Assembly: GCF_009914755.1 (NCBI RefSeq)
Contig: NC_060926.1
DNA: 64,000 nucleotides
Strand: one strand, 5' to 3'
DNA from: the human T2T-CHM13v2.0 reference genome, Homo sapiens
This document shows positions 13,087 through 27,998 of the stretch, one piece after another. The translations under genes were made by a program, and so were the position numbers. Each line of letters begins with the position of its first letter. Within the stretch, counting starts at the first letter, position 1. The notes below the pieces were generated by a model. It had not been told where the DNA came from, ran no database searches, and saw only the letters and a program-made list of their open reading frames with translations.

Positions 13087-15863
13087 GATCTGATGCTAGC
13101 CAAGCATTTTAGCCATCAGTAATGTTCATTACTTGGCACAGAGTTGGTATTTCCTAATAAATTTTAAAATAACACTATGCGATATTCAGTAGAAAATAAT
13201 ATATTCAAAATCTACTTTAAAGCATTTACATCAGAATATCACAAACCCATGTAAAAATTACCCATGGTTACACTGACTACTGAAAATTAGCATTTCCCCT
13301 ATGTTTTTGTCTCCACTCTAGTTCCCTTACATTAGATGTTATTACTCCACACTTTAAAACCTCTAGTGCTGGTGAGACTTACAAGTAAGGATTCAAGGTA
13401 TTAATCCTCTCCTAAAGCTAGAAAAACAACCACAGCAACTCACAGAATGATCCACTGAAATCAGGAATAAAAATAATTGTGCATCGTATGCTTGTCAATA
13501 GGAAATCTTTAGTACATGAATTTAAAAAGAGAGCAAATCGGAAAATGATAAAAATGCCAAATTATTCAACACCTAAACTATTCTTTAATGTTTAACTCAT
13601 GTCCCAACTCCTTTCTAAGGTTCTCCCTATTGACTACCTAACATAGGGTCGAGCGATCATTTTTTTCTGAATGACTACAGACCATACCTTCTGATCTGAA
13701 GTTCCATGTATGGAGGTTTTCACTCTCTCAAAGGACTATAAACTCCTCCTCAAGGCCAAGAGATTATTCTATAAAGATTATTTTGTAACCCCACAGTGCT
13801 AAAAGCATTGTAGATAAATAATAAATATTTGATGACTCTTATTTGTCAACAAATGCTAAATGGGGAATCGCAGGCACAATGCAGATTGTTTTATGCTACC
13901 GTTATTTGTAGTTAAGGGAAACCCCCAAGGCAAGACTTTATACAAGAAGGAACAGAGAGGAGAGTGTTGAGGGGGGGATCAAGGCCGAAGGATAGCATCA
14001 GGGACTAATTCTTCATTTGACAAATAGATTGTCTCCTGTTCCCCAGGCAGTCTGCTGCTGAGCATAGATGAGCTACAGTAACCAGATTGGCTCATTAAAA
14101 TATAGTCCCTTTAGTTCAACATGACTCATCTTTATGATGAAGCTGTGATTCTGGGAACTGAATGCGCTAGTTTTGCTACTGTCATGACACCCAAAAGAAT
14201 AGCATGAAACTTAATTTTTAATGACTTCATATTCAGTTTACTGCCATTGTATATAGTTCAACCTCTGTATGGACTTAACATCTAATAAAATTTGGTAATA
14301 CAAAAAACTGTCATAGTAGTCCCTTTGAGCAATGGCTTACCCTAACTGCTTGGTATTGAAAGCTTGTTAATCTATTTCAAGGAAGTGTTCTAGATAATTA
14401 AACAGTCTTCTTCCATCCCTTAATATTTCCCACCTCATTGCCCTGCTTCAGCAAAACTTATTGCCATGCTAGCACAAATATTGTCTGTTCACTTCTCTAG
14501 TTGCAGAACCTGAATAGGGGCCTGATACACAAAATGTTGATCAAGAAATAAAAGTCATTTGCCAAACCAGTTCTTTGGAAATCTCAAAGTCTGAACCAAG
14601 AACTTGAACTTCTGCTTTGTGTGAGACAAGGGCTAATGAGAAGAAGTAATAGGGCCAGTGATAATTACTGGGTTACCATTTCCTTTGGCAACGAAATGAA
14701 TAGACTCTATTGCTGCCAGAGGTTTAGTATTCAGAAGATGTTTTCTATTGTGATATTACTGCCTGGAAAAAGGGCATCTTGTTTGACTGCCTTCTAAAAT
14801 TTTGAGAGACTTAGGCCTCTTAGGTGGAGCAAATATGTGTGTTTGGGGAGGGGAGGCCAAGTTGGGTGAAATTGAGAGAGTACTCAATAGATTTCAAAAA
14901 GAATTTGGTATCAAAGTCAATGTGAAGGCTGAAATATAAGTTGCTGGGTGAGTCCTATTAATACTGTGTATCAACATTTGGTTTGGCAGAAATTCTATGT
15001 ACCCTGTTAAACACATTTTTGCAATATCTGTACTGTAATATCCACTTTAGTGATAGATGTTTAAGATACCATATTTTACAAGAATTGTCGAAGAATCCAT
15101 TAAGCTCTATTAGAAAATTTGGCTTCTGGCACAACTCTGGACTAAGAAACTGCCTGGGAGAAAAAAAGATATTAAAAATATTCATTAAGAAAAGAACAAG
15201 CCCTACAAACAATTTACCTACAGAATCATAACACAAAAGCAGCAGCAGCAACAAAAACAACAAGGCAACTGGAAGGTGAGCCAAAGATTTGAATATTAAA
15301 ACCCATGGGCAGAGACTGATCTAAGTCTCTGTGGAGCCTGAGCTTTTGCAATTTAGGGGACCTTCTTTAGAAAAAAATACATTTAACATTACAAAGGCAC
15401 CATGATGTATATAGATGTATCTTACATTTCCAAAACAGGAAATATAAGATAAATGGAAAAGGATGTGCAGAAAGAACAGAGAAAAAGGCATTTGCAGCAG
15501 CAATGATGGCATGGTAATTATGCATTATAGTAAACTGGATGCAATAGGCAGCAGTAATGCTGACAGAGAAGAAAGTTTATGTAGAGGAAAGAGAGGAGAA
15601 AAAGAGACCTTGTGTGAAGTAAAGAGATCTTTAAATCCGAGAGTCTAGAGTCATCACTCTGCCACGCTAAAGGCTTATCAATCTTAGGACAGCCATTTTA
15701 TTGCTAGAGAATTGCTAGACAGTTGTGGAGCTCACCCTAAGGAAGTGGGGACACTTTACCGTCTCCCAGTCTCATCTTCCCATGTCATCTCCTATTCCTC
15801 TCCCCTTGCCCCCTCCCGTTTGCATACCAGTGTCCAAGCAGATTCAACCTATGAAACAGCATA

Positions 15864-16149
15864 TTAATTTATTTTTATTTTTTTGAGACAGGGTCTTGCT
15901 CTGTCACCCAGGCTGGAGTACAGTGGCGTGATCTTGGCTCAGTGCAACCTCCGCCTTCCGTGTTCAAGCGATTCTCCCTAGTAGCTGGGATTACAGGCAC
16001 CCACCACCATGCAGAGCTAATTTTTGTGTTTTCATTAGCAGGGTTTCACCATGTTGGCCAGGCTGGTCTTGAACTCCTGACTTCAAGTGGTCTGCCCTCC
16101 TCGGCCTCCCAAAGTGTTGGGATTACAGGCATGAGCCACCTCACCGGCC
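15864..16149 (-). mobile_element. Alu (AluS/J-age), small internal deletion
   Basis: Dimeric Alu in antisense with TSD tgaaacagcata on both sides. Confidence 0.95.
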
Positions 16150-17308
16150 TGAAACAGCATAGTAGTTTGCAAGAAAATTGTATGACATAAGTGAATCCAT
16201 AAGCCATGTCCATCTAAAGGCAGGCATAATGCACTTCCAAATTTAAAGACTTTCAATTTTGGGATGTATAGTGTAAGCAATTAGTCAACTTGCTTGAGTC
16301 AGGAACGATGTGAAAGTTAAACATGTGGACCAGTCTGGAGACAACTGTGTCCTTTTCTTCTGTTAAAGAAAACAGGCTTTGGAGCCATCCTTTCCCCAGT
16401 ACACAAAATAATGTGTTGCCTAGATCATGAGTTTGTTGTGGGCAGTGATAAGCCCTGTTCATCTTTTATTTTTTAATCTCTGGTCTCTCACTCTGTGCCT
16501 GGCATTAAAATGGTGTTCGATAAAGCATAAGGAACAAGCAAAGAGAGGAAGTGTGATTCTTTTTTCATTTCCTGTGAACACATTAAATGCTGGGGGTGTG
16601 GAAAATTACATTTGGCATGATGAGATGCTTGATGTTCACCATATTAAAGGTTCTAAAATTACAGAGAGCGTTTTGAAGGGTGCTGACAACTCAAAGGACA
16701 AACATAACAACCTTGAAGAAGAAAAAGGAATAGAAGGATGCCTCAGGCTGCTTCCTTACTGATGTTGGTGAAAGTTAGCTAATCATGATCTTGATGCCTT
16801 TGGGACTACACTTGATGCCAATGTAATGAAGAAGGCAAATGACCCCAAAGTAAACTTACTTAGGAGACACTTACCAGAAAAACAAGTTGAACTCTATGTC
16901 CATTGCTACTCACATCACCATCAGCCATGTTTACATGAAATTACAGCCATGAAACAAATATGAGAAACCCCTTAAAATCAGGGGTGAGTGTGCTGTGTCT
17001 GTTATTTATGGATTAAAAAATTTGATAATACCTATCAGGAAAAAAGTCTTTTAATATGTTTTAAATTCTCCACATTAAGCTATCTGAAAACATCAACCAC
17101 AGCATGCAGTTTCATTAACCAAAAGCCACTTAAACTCGTACCATAGTGAAGATTTACAACTTTAGCAAAGTTTAACTTTTCAACAGGGGGAAATAACTTC
17201 TATTCCAACTCATAATCTTTGTTGGCTTTAGAGTTAAAATAGCTCCACCCTTAACTACACAAACCTACAAAATTTACTTTTCGCCAACCCACAAAATAGG
17301 TATGATAT

Positions 17309-17326
17309 GAGCGCCCCCTACTGGTA
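17309..17326 (-). promoter_or_regulatory. CTCF binding motif
   Basis: Minus strand reads TACCAGTAGGGGGCGCTC, a near-consensus CTCF core with an intact CpG. Confidence 0.75.
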
Positions 17327-18649
17327 CAGCACTACTCCCACTTCATGAATACAGTGAAGGATAGCTCCTGTGAGTCTTAGGGGGAAAAAAAATTGCAATT
17401 TACTATTAAAGAAGAGGAAAAGCTAAATGAGCTTTTAAAAACCAAACAATAATCCAAGACAAAACAGAAAATAACTCTTCTCACTTTAAAAGAATCTCTG
17501 TGAAAGAAAAATGCACGACATGTTTACAAATATTTGACAGCATCTTTTAAATCCTTGCCCAAGATTAGACAGGCAGAGTGAATTAAATGGCTGTCACTCT
17601 CAGGATGAACTGGAGTCCTTATTGATATTCAGACATCACAACAAGCAGAGCTTAATTGTAGTGATGCTTATATATTGATAATAAGATTTTCCCCAAATAC
17701 CACATATGAAAATCTGCAGGCTTTAGAGAAATAAGCTAAGGAGCACCACGGAGGCTGAACAAAGTCTATGGGTGGGCCTTGGGCTTTCTGCATCTGGAAG
17801 TGACTTTCTATATTGCTCTGTGAACTGGGAAACTGAAGGTGGAAGCCATAGGCTTTATATTTCCAGTTACTCAAATTAGTTGTCTCCAGAGTAGAAAATC
17901 CAATGTGAGAAAATTGATGGCAAATATAGGTAAAGCGCTATTGTGTGGACATTTACACTGACAAAGAAGGAGAAATGCTCCAAAGGTGTTGCTAGTGATA
18001 AGCTGTTACAGAAAAAATATAATGAAAGAAATGAAACTCCCACTCTTTGAGTCAGCAGAAGGGAGCTGTTTCATGATATTTGCTATATTTGTAAGGCTGC
18101 AATTTGATTATATCTGATTCTGTTGTCACAATCTGTTACATATCCTACATAGAATATAAATATGTGAAGCCATTTAAAGGCCAAATTATGGAGCTGTCTA
18201 TTTTTATATTTTATTTTTTACTGCCATACCAGTGATGGTACTTAAATTGTATAAATTTTAAAAGGTAAGTGAAAAACAAAATCATCAATATACTCAGGCT
18301 TTATTGAAAAGCCACTAGTTAACAACCCCAAAAGTACATCAATCTGTTTCTCTCTTGAAAGTCTGAGAAAATTACTTTAGATGAATATAGTAGGCTCAAT
18401 GCATGGGCTTTGGTTTTTAAAATAATGCTTTTTATGACACATTTTCATGTCTTAAAAGTAAACCTACACATTCATTTATGTTAAATGGGCATGGAGAACT
18501 TGGCGAGTGCTAAATGACGTGATGGGGTTATTTCTTTTTCTTCCCTTTTCCATATCCTTCTTTGCATTGGCATGTAACATTTTTGTTCACACCAATAACA
18601 ATATAGAAAGGAATGGGAAATAATGAGGATAGACATGGCCCCCAGGACA

Positions 18650-19570
<921 letters not shown>

Positions 19571-19668
19571 GTATAATAATATTATGCTATGTTATCAATG
19601 CTCAGAGTACAAATATAGCAATATATAAAAGTTATTAATACATACTAGCAGAATGAATACTCTGAATA

Positions 19669-19673
<5 letters not shown>

Positions 19674-19704
<31 letters not shown>
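19674..19704. repeat. (TG)15 microsatellite
   Basis: Direct reading. Confidence 0.95.
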
Positions 19705-19706
<2 letters not shown>

Positions 19707-19925
19707 CTGTGCACACATACTTGCATGTGCAGGAGACTAGCAAGCCAAAGACACATCACACAAAACAAATAGCACAGATGTTTCTATGACTAGTGCCGTA
19801 TTTCTCCTTAATAGAAACACCTTACTTTTAACCAAAATAACATATTTAACATATTTTAATATGAAAGTTTATAATTTTCTGTTATAAATCCTTGACTTTA
19901 AAAAATAACAGACTACACATAAAGA

Positions 19926-20135
19926 CAGTGGAGAAAAGGGAAACTTTGGAGGTCCAGGAGCCTGGGTATAAATCCTGGCTTTGCCACTAACACTACCTGA
20001 TGTTGCATAAATAACTTAATATCTGTGTCTCTTATTTTCTTCACCCAGAAATGGAGGTGATATGTCTTTCTTGAAGAGTTACAGCAAGTACTTAACATAT
20101 GGCTATAAAATGCCTGACACATAGTACGTACTCAT
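19926..20135 (+). mobile_element. MIR SINE
   Basis: cctgggtataaatcctggctttgccact...tgcctgacacatagta. Confidence 0.7.
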
Positions 20136-21589
20136 TATAAGTATATTAAAACAAGATAGTTTAGTCTCTAGAGTGTTATACTGGGCTTATCAATTATGGG
20201 AGAAGATAAGCTGTATGAACTTTTGTGAGTCATACAAATACACACACACATAAAATTTGTAAAACAACAGTGATGTGTCTTTGTCAGTGTTTCTATAATT
20301 ACCCCCTTTGAAAGCAGCATACCTAAAAGTAATATACTATTTGAAGTACTTTCCCATCCACTCCCTTTCCTCTCCAATAACCCCAGGGAACAGTAGGCAA
20401 CTACTGCATTTTTCTTTTGCATAGTCTTGTCTCCGAGGTAAAAAAAAAAAAAATTAGAGACTTTGTCAAAAAGAATGCTCCCTCAGCATTATCAGTAGAT
20501 ACTGTGTGCTAGAAATGTCAGAAATCATACTTTTTAATTCTCAGATATTTAGAGGTGAAAACTACTTAGAGGAAGTTAGACAAATATCTCTGAATTTAGA
20601 AAAAATTCAGAATTAGTTGAAACAAATACAGTTTTTGAAACATTATTCAGTGTAGTAGATCCCCTTTCATACATTCATTTGCCCAGTCCTCGGGTGTTCA
20701 CTGAAATGGGCTTGCCTTTTATGACTGTTTGCAGGTGAAGGAAAAGGCACCTGTTTCTAGTTCGTGACGCAGTGGGAGTATAGGTGTGTTGAGCCAGATG
20801 AAACTTTTAACTGTTGGTTATTTGAAAAGAAAAATAAGTGAAACTAAGTGGCTGTGAATTTGAATTTTTCTCCCTTTCCAAGCATTGACATTGTTTGTCT
20901 TCCGTTTTATGCTTCTTACTCCTTGTCTTGTTCTTCTACCTCCCCTCAGGTATGGGAATTGTTCTTACAGAGAGGGCTCAGAAGAGAGTTATCGGAATGC
21001 CTATGTTGCCATACCATGGCAGCCTCAAAACTCTTTATGACTTTCTTCTTTGAAATGTACACATACTTCCCAAAATATACAAAGACTCATCCAGAATTAT
21101 GTAATGGAAAATGGAATATAGACTTTTTAGGGATTTTTCTTACAATGTATTACATTCCTGTAGAAATTCCCAAAAGATTTGCATTAAGACAGGTACATAT
21201 TTGTAAAAGATATTGAGAAAGGAGAAATATTTCAAAGTGATAAAAATATTTTCAATATGTAAATTATTTTAAATTTCAGGCTTAAGGCTTTAAGTACCTC
21301 TAGTCTAAGGCTCAGGAGGAAACTCAAGCAGTTACAATACTAGACCATTCCTCAGGCTCCACATGCCCTGCAAAACGGGGCAACAAAATGGAGAGACTCC
21401 AGGGGCCAGGAGAAAAATGGATGGGATTAGGGCAGAGTTTCCCAAAGTGTGTATCATAGATGACTAATCCCTTTGAATTTTAATATTATTGCTTAAGAAA
21501 AAATGTTTCATTGTCAGGTATTCTTTTAAAAAACACGTTTCAAACAAAATTTAGCATATTTCTTACTTCAAGATATATATGAATTTTTT

Positions 21590-21688
21590 AGAACAGTTTT
21601 TTAGAACTGAAGAGTTTCCTGGGATACAAGCTTTTCAGTGCTAAAATCAGAAAAATCCTGGGCAAACTGGCACTGGTTGGTCACCTTA
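21590..21688 (+). mobile_element. MER81-like hAT MITE, apparently nested in an older hAT-like element (~21433-21810)
   Basis: tttcagtgctaaaa...cctgggcaaactgg..ggttggtcacctta end. Outer element begins cagagtttcccaaagtgtg. Confidence 0.55.
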
Positions 21689-23510
21689 TATATGGCTCTT
21701 GAAAAGGCATCAAAATATGTTGCTTTTATCAACCTCACTTAAATGGATACTCTTTTCAGAATAGCATCTTGAGGCATTCAAGTCCCACAGAACACATTTT
21801 TAAAAGTACCGGAGTAGAAGAAGGCTGTCTAATTCTCCTAGTCAGCAGAATGAAGCATTGATTTCAACCTTTGTCTTATTTGGCAAGAACGAAACCTATT
21901 TTTCCTAATAAAATATCTAATGGCAGCATTAAATGCTATTTTAGATGGGTGAGAAATATGCATGTGGTGGTGGAGTTAGGAAAAAAAATCTCTGCCTGGA
22001 ACACATTTTTCTTTATTTTCTTCTCAAAACATGTGTTGGGCGTATAGAAACAATCAAAGGGAGAAATGCATAAACTTAGTAAATATTGTATATGTTAATA
22101 CTGAAATGTTAAGAGAATGTATAAAACTAATACAGCCTACCCACGCCTGCAGCTATTTAAAATTCCATCTTTTTTTCCCTTACTTAAACATTAAAACTTT
22201 TCTACAAAATGCTGAACATCACTGCTTTCTCCTTTCTCCTTCTGTTATTTTGCATAGAAAAGTCCTTTTCTCTTCACTAGTTTGTTCTTTTACCTTCTTT
22301 TTCCAAGTTCTCCTTTTTATCCTCTACACTTACATTTTATATTCGATCAGAGCATTACTACATTGCTGAAGTTTCATGTGTGAAGCAAACAGATGAGATA
22401 AAAGAGCATGAGGACAGGGGTAGGAGATCTGGCTTGAAGTTAATGGATGAAACAGAATCACTTTGCAGGTTTCTTCAGAGATGATGTGTATTATGGCATT
22501 TCCTATGCCCACTCTCAGTAAGTTGAGGGTCATAGTTAGCAATTACTGGGAAGTAGAAGAGTGGCTTCCGTGTTGATGCATGCATCAACTAATTGTATTC
22601 CTAGCAGTTCACATCACTTCCCTGACAGTTCATTCATTCATCCCTTAATTTAACAAGTATTTAACAAGCACATAGCACACGCCAGACACAATTCTATGAA
22701 ACGTTGTTGGTTGAGTCTTTACTTTCAGTCTGCTGACAGTGATGTGACTTACTCTAAAATCATTTGATCTAGAATCCCCATGGCATCAGATGGAGGCTCC
22801 ATTTTTCTCTCCATATATCTTTGAGTATTTCAAAAGTCAAATGCTCAAAGAATTCTATTCTCTTTGCTCACAAAAGTAAGAGACTTTCTAGATATGAGGA
22901 ATTAATATCTAGCATTTTATTTTCCAAGTAATATGCTTTGATGGTTAAAGTAAATTTTATGAACTTTATCATAAATTTACTATCATTATAACTCCTTGAA
23001 TATTCCAAAAAGACAGTCCCCTGCCACCCACCCCCCACAACTGGTTCAATGTCAAATTAAATGAAGGCATCAAATGGAATTCCAAATAATACATTCTCTG
23101 GCCAAAGTCATTTGGGATTTGAATAAGTAATTTGGATGTGGAATAGAGTATTCATATAGGTGAAAATTACCTCAATTACAAACAAACTAGCTAGAATCCT
23201 AAAATATCTTCAATTCTTTTCTTTCTGCACACTACTTTTGGAGAATGAGGTAGATCACAAGTTCATATACTGGTATTAGATGACTCTCAGGCTAAGCTTG
23301 CAAACCATTTTTGCTAGGCTCCTCCTGGCATGCCATTATTTTTTTATTGTTGTTGCTGGTTTTCAGTCATCTTTTATGAAGTTAAAATACTTCTACAGTT
23401 ATTTTAGTACACAAAACCATTCATATCCAGCTTTTAATTTAGAATTTCAAATAATTTAAATGGCAGCATGCGAATGTGAGTGGAAACATTTAAAAATTTA
23501 AGCACACTTT

Positions 23511-23711
23511 CTTTTTAAATTTTATTTTTTTGTTTAAATTTTTGGTTTTATTTGGAGATGGGGTCTTGTTACATTGCCCAGGCTAGAGTACGGTTGCTAT
23601 TTATAGCCACTATCATAACATACTGCTGCCTCTAACTCCTGGCCTCAAGCGATCCTCCCACCTCAGCCTCCTCGGTAGCTGGGACTATAAGCACATGCCA
23701 TCACACCTGAA
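23511..23711 (-). mobile_element. FAM (fossil Alu monomer)
   Basis: Single monomer with a FAM-type internal segment (gctatttatagccactatcata). TSD ttaagcacacttt on both sides. Confidence 0.8.
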
Positions 23712-23739
23712 TTAAGCACACTTTTTGTTGTTAGTATTA

Positions 23740-24470
23740 ATGCATTGGTTCAGCTGAGCAAATATTTAACAAAATTCTACTAAGCACCAGGCTTTCTTTT
23801 CTAATATACAGGTATTAATAGTCATTAGCCTGAGGCACATATAATACACAGACTATTTGAATGAATCAGACTGATGATACAAAGTATAATTGATGAGAGA
23901 CATGTAGTCCAACCAGAAGATTGAGGACAATCATCCTGATGTAGATTTTCATTGACTTTAGTCTTGGAATATGAATGATGTTTAAGCAAAAACATGGGAA
24001 GGGTTTTGGATAAATAGAAGAACATTAGCAAAGCATGGAGGTATGCAATCAATTGATGGTCTATCCCACTGAACTACTATCAACAAAAAGTTATACTGGA
24101 GTGTCAAGTCTGAGGTAGAGAAAATGAATGATGTGAATGGAGAGCCAGGAACTGAACCAGTTCTGGTGGTCTTTGTATCTCCTGTTGGGAAGACTAATTT
24201 TTATCCTAAGGATGATGGACAGCCATTGCTGAATTGCAAGTAGGGGAATTATATACTTAGATAAGTATTCTATGTAAATATTCTGACTGTGCAAGTAAGA
24301 AATATTTTACGTAGGCAAGTATGGAATTGGGGAGGCCTGTTAGGAGGCTTTTTTCCAATGCTATAGATGAGAGATACCTAAGGGCTGAAATATACTATTG
24401 GTGGAGGGTCTGAAGATATAGATCTGAGAACTATTCACAATGGAAAATCCACAGAGTGTGCTGACTTGTA
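23740..24470 (-). mobile_element. L2 remnant
   Basis: Purine-rich antisense L2 motifs (ttttatcctaagg..gatggacagccattg; ggggaggcctgttaggaggct). Confidence 0.55.
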
Positions 24471-26064
24471 GAATTGGACCCACTTTACAGCTCTGCCACA
24501 TTCTATTTCAAAGCAGTTCTGGCATAAGGGAGCTCTCTCTTACTGAAAGGCCAAGGGAGTTTCCTGAATCAATGCCTGAATGTGGCTGGGCAGCCTGAAC
24601 TTCAAAGGCAGTGTGGGCATGAGCTTCCAGAATATAACCATTTAATATCACCCCACTATTTAAGATGCACTATTTAACTGTACTACTAATTCCTTTTTTT
24701 CCTTTAAACTGCCAGCTGTGTTTCTCTTTAATTATATTTTAAAATAACAGCTATTTTAAAGATAACCACATTGAAGTTGCTATTACAGTTGTCTTTTGAG
24801 TAACTGAATAAAATTCTCAACACTGTAAAACTCTCTAACCCTTAAGGATTAGATCTCAAACTATATCACGAGGCTCAAAGGGGCCAGAAAAGATGACACT
24901 GTATAGCTCCACATGTCCTTTCAACGAGTTGCCACCACTACCACTTAAATCAGTGTGTCAGAAATTCTACTTGCCAAAGGTCATATTTTTCTGCAAGTGC
25001 TATGTTCTCTGGAGAGGATAGTCAGCATATCTGTAATGACTTTCACACCATCTCAATGCCCACAAGAACATGCAAACTTCTCAATGTTGCCAGGACCAAA
25101 TATATGCAGAGTACACCATTTTTTTTTGTAGATGCAATTATAGAAATGGGTTCCCTCTCCAACTGATTCCACTAATATGTTCCTTGTGTTTGTGGCCTTC
25201 ACCAAAAGAAGGTAACGACAGAATAGCAATCCAGTCAGACAAATTACAGGAGAAACGAGTAAGAATGCAGCTGGAAAATTAGAAGAAAATAGAGAAAAAG
25301 TTCAACTTTATAGGAAATATTATTTAATTTGGAATGAATGCAGTTTAAATAACCAATCTGCAGAATAGGTTTGTGGAAGCACCAGGCCAACATTATTTGA
25401 AATCCAGTTAATTCTCCCTTTATTCTTTTCAGAGAGAGCTCAGCAAGGAACACAAAATTAAAAGATTTTTCAGAACTAGTTTACTAAGTGACAGGCACTG
25501 GAATAATTCTTTTGGTTTGACTCATTGAGCCAGGATGCCAACATTATTTAAACATATTGTTTTCTATTTATTCCTGGATTTTTTAAAATCCCAAAGCTGT
25601 AACAAGTGAGTGTGTAATTTACCAGAGAAAATGAAATTGCTCTTTGTTAAGTACACATTGAAAATCATATCCTATAATATGTATTGTTCATTTAGTACAT
25701 TGAAAGAAAAAGCTGTATTTTCAAATCCAAATTTGAAACAAATTCAATGCAATTTGGCATGCACTGCAGCATGCAGAGACATTCCTATGCCTTAAATACT
25801 ATCTGGAATTAAAAATTTCAAAAAGAAGAAGGATATCTTAAATAAAACCCCAATATAAAAATACCTTATGAGGATTAAAAATAGATTTGACTACAGCAAA
25901 ACCTAGGATATTTTCTCAATATACTCAATAAAGGACCATACACAAAGTCCCTCAGATGAGTAGCAGAGTGAATGTCTAAAATAGACAAGAGATACTGTGA
26001 TCCCCAAATCAATGACAACAAGAGAAAAGAAACTTTATCTTTTTTTTCCTTTTAATTGCACAGG

Positions 26065-26630
26065 TCTCCCTGCTTTCTCCCTTACTCTCTTACTTCAGCA
26101 AGGCATGTTCTCAACACAGCAGCCAGAGTGATCTTCTAAAATCACCAGTCAGATTACAACATTCTCCTCTCCTTCAGACCCTTCCAATGGCTCCCTGCTC
26201 ACCCAGAAAAAGAACTTTCTGTTTCTGGCCTTGAGGGTCACTCCCACTCTTTTTCCACATCTTCAACCAAGCATCTTCTCACTCATTTTAGCCCAACTAA
26301 CATCCTTGATGTTCTTGGAATATCCCAGACATGCATCTGCTTCAGAGTTTTCTCATTTGCAGTTCCCTTTGCCTGCAATGTCCTTCTCTCCCTCATCTGC
26401 AGGATTTGCCCCTTCATTCCCTCCTGATCCTTCTCCAAGGCATTCCTGATCACCCCAAATTAGTAACCTCTCGTTTCCCTTCTATCACTTTCCTCTTGCT
26501 GCATCACACTCATTACCATATGACAATCTGTGTTTTTCCTTTTTTGTTTACTGCTCATGTCTCTTTCCAAGAAATAAGTTCTACAAGGTTAAGAATTCTG
26601 TTATTTTGTTGTTGTTTTATATTTTACAGA
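26065..26630 (+). mobile_element. L2 3' remnant
   Basis: ttctcaacacagcagccagagtgatctt.taaaa...cccttccaatggctccc. Confidence 0.7.
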
Positions 26631-26635
26631 TCTTA

Positions 26636-27040
26636 GTGGATACCATGGTGCAATGTCCACCTTCTTCCCTCCTCAGCTACTTAGAGTATTTCACTCAGAT
26701 AGCTTACAGTTGAGTCCCTCTCCAGGTCCAGTCTGCAGCTGAAGAGAGCTGCCTGGCCCACGGTATGCTCCCTTTTGGGAACTGCTCACATCAATGGTGA
26801 TTAATGGTGGGGTATAAAAGCTCAGCCCTGCTTTTCCAATTGATGACAACTCATAAAGGCCGTCCCATCTTGAGAACTCATATGGGCCACGCTGTGTAGC
26901 TTTTTTTTTTTAACTGCACCAATTCAAATTCACCCTCTTCCCAATCTTACTTTCTTCCCTTCTGCAGATTCTGATCCTGAGAGCACAAATCCCTAAGTTT
27001 CATGTGCACAAATCTCAACTTTAGAGTACTTTCCTGCATA
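26636..27040 (+). mobile_element. LTR16-like (ERVL) solo LTR
   Basis: gaagagagctgcct...ggggtataaaagctcagccc...gacaactc...ggccgtcccat resembles LTR16 from memory; TATAAAA present. Confidence 0.6.
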
Positions 27041-27690
27041 CCATGCCAGGGTCACAAGTAAAGAAATGAAAAACACAGAGTCTAAGTAGCCTGTCCAGGA
27101 TCAGCAGCTACAGTAAGTACTGGCCAGTAGCCTGGCTAGTAAGTGGTGAGCCAGGATCATATCCAGAGTCTAGAGCTCTAGAATATGTGCTTTGTACCAC
27201 TACCTTCTACTGCTACTTACACAACTATCCTATATATATTTTTAGCAATGATTTAAAGTATCTCAAATACCTTAGAGTGAATACTTACAGAAGATCAGGA
27301 ATGGGATTAGGGTTAGATAAACAAAGGGGAAAAGTAATAGAATAGTTGGCAATCATTAAGTCCCATGGACTGAGGTGTGTGATTAACTTAGATAATTACA
27401 TTGAGTAGAACAGATGATTTCAGAATCAAAAGTTAAAGTGGGAAGGGGATGAGGAGATGTAATAATAGAATGTCATCGGACTGCTGGTAGAATTGATGAT
27501 TTATATAAACCATAGAAGATGATGTCTGGTATAGTTGTTGCAAAGAAGTACAAGAGGTAGGGCAATCTTGCAGACTAGTTTCCTTCCTTCTTGAAGTTCA
27601 AGGACTGGCTTAGTCACCATATTTACTGCATAAAGTGCTCATTCTTTCTGATCTTCATCTACACATCCAAAAGCTGTTGCTGTGGTTTAA

Positions 27691-27998
27691 AAGGGTGGGA
27701 TAAAGACAGGATAGCTAATGGGTTCAAAAATACAGTTAAATAGAAGGAATAAGATCTAGTGTTTGGTAGCACAACAAGATGACTATAGTTAACAATGACT
27801 TATTGTATATTTCAAAACAACTAAAAGAATACAATAGGAATGTTCCTAACATGAAGAAATAATAAATGCATAAGGTGATGGATACCCCAATTACCCTGAT
27901 CTTATCATGATACATTGCATGCTTATATCTAAACATTATATGTACTTACAAATATGTACAACTATTATGTGTTCATAAAAATTAAAAACTAAAATAAA
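27691..27998 (+). mobile_element. L1MA-type 3' end fragment
   Basis: agaaggaataagatctagtgtttggtagcacaac..gactatagttaacaat...gatggataccccaattaccctgat, A-rich end. Confidence 0.85.

Noticed and set aside
17742-17752. AGCACCACGGA resembling an RE1/REST core
   Set aside because: The flanking TTC and CAG positions of RE1 are mismatched.
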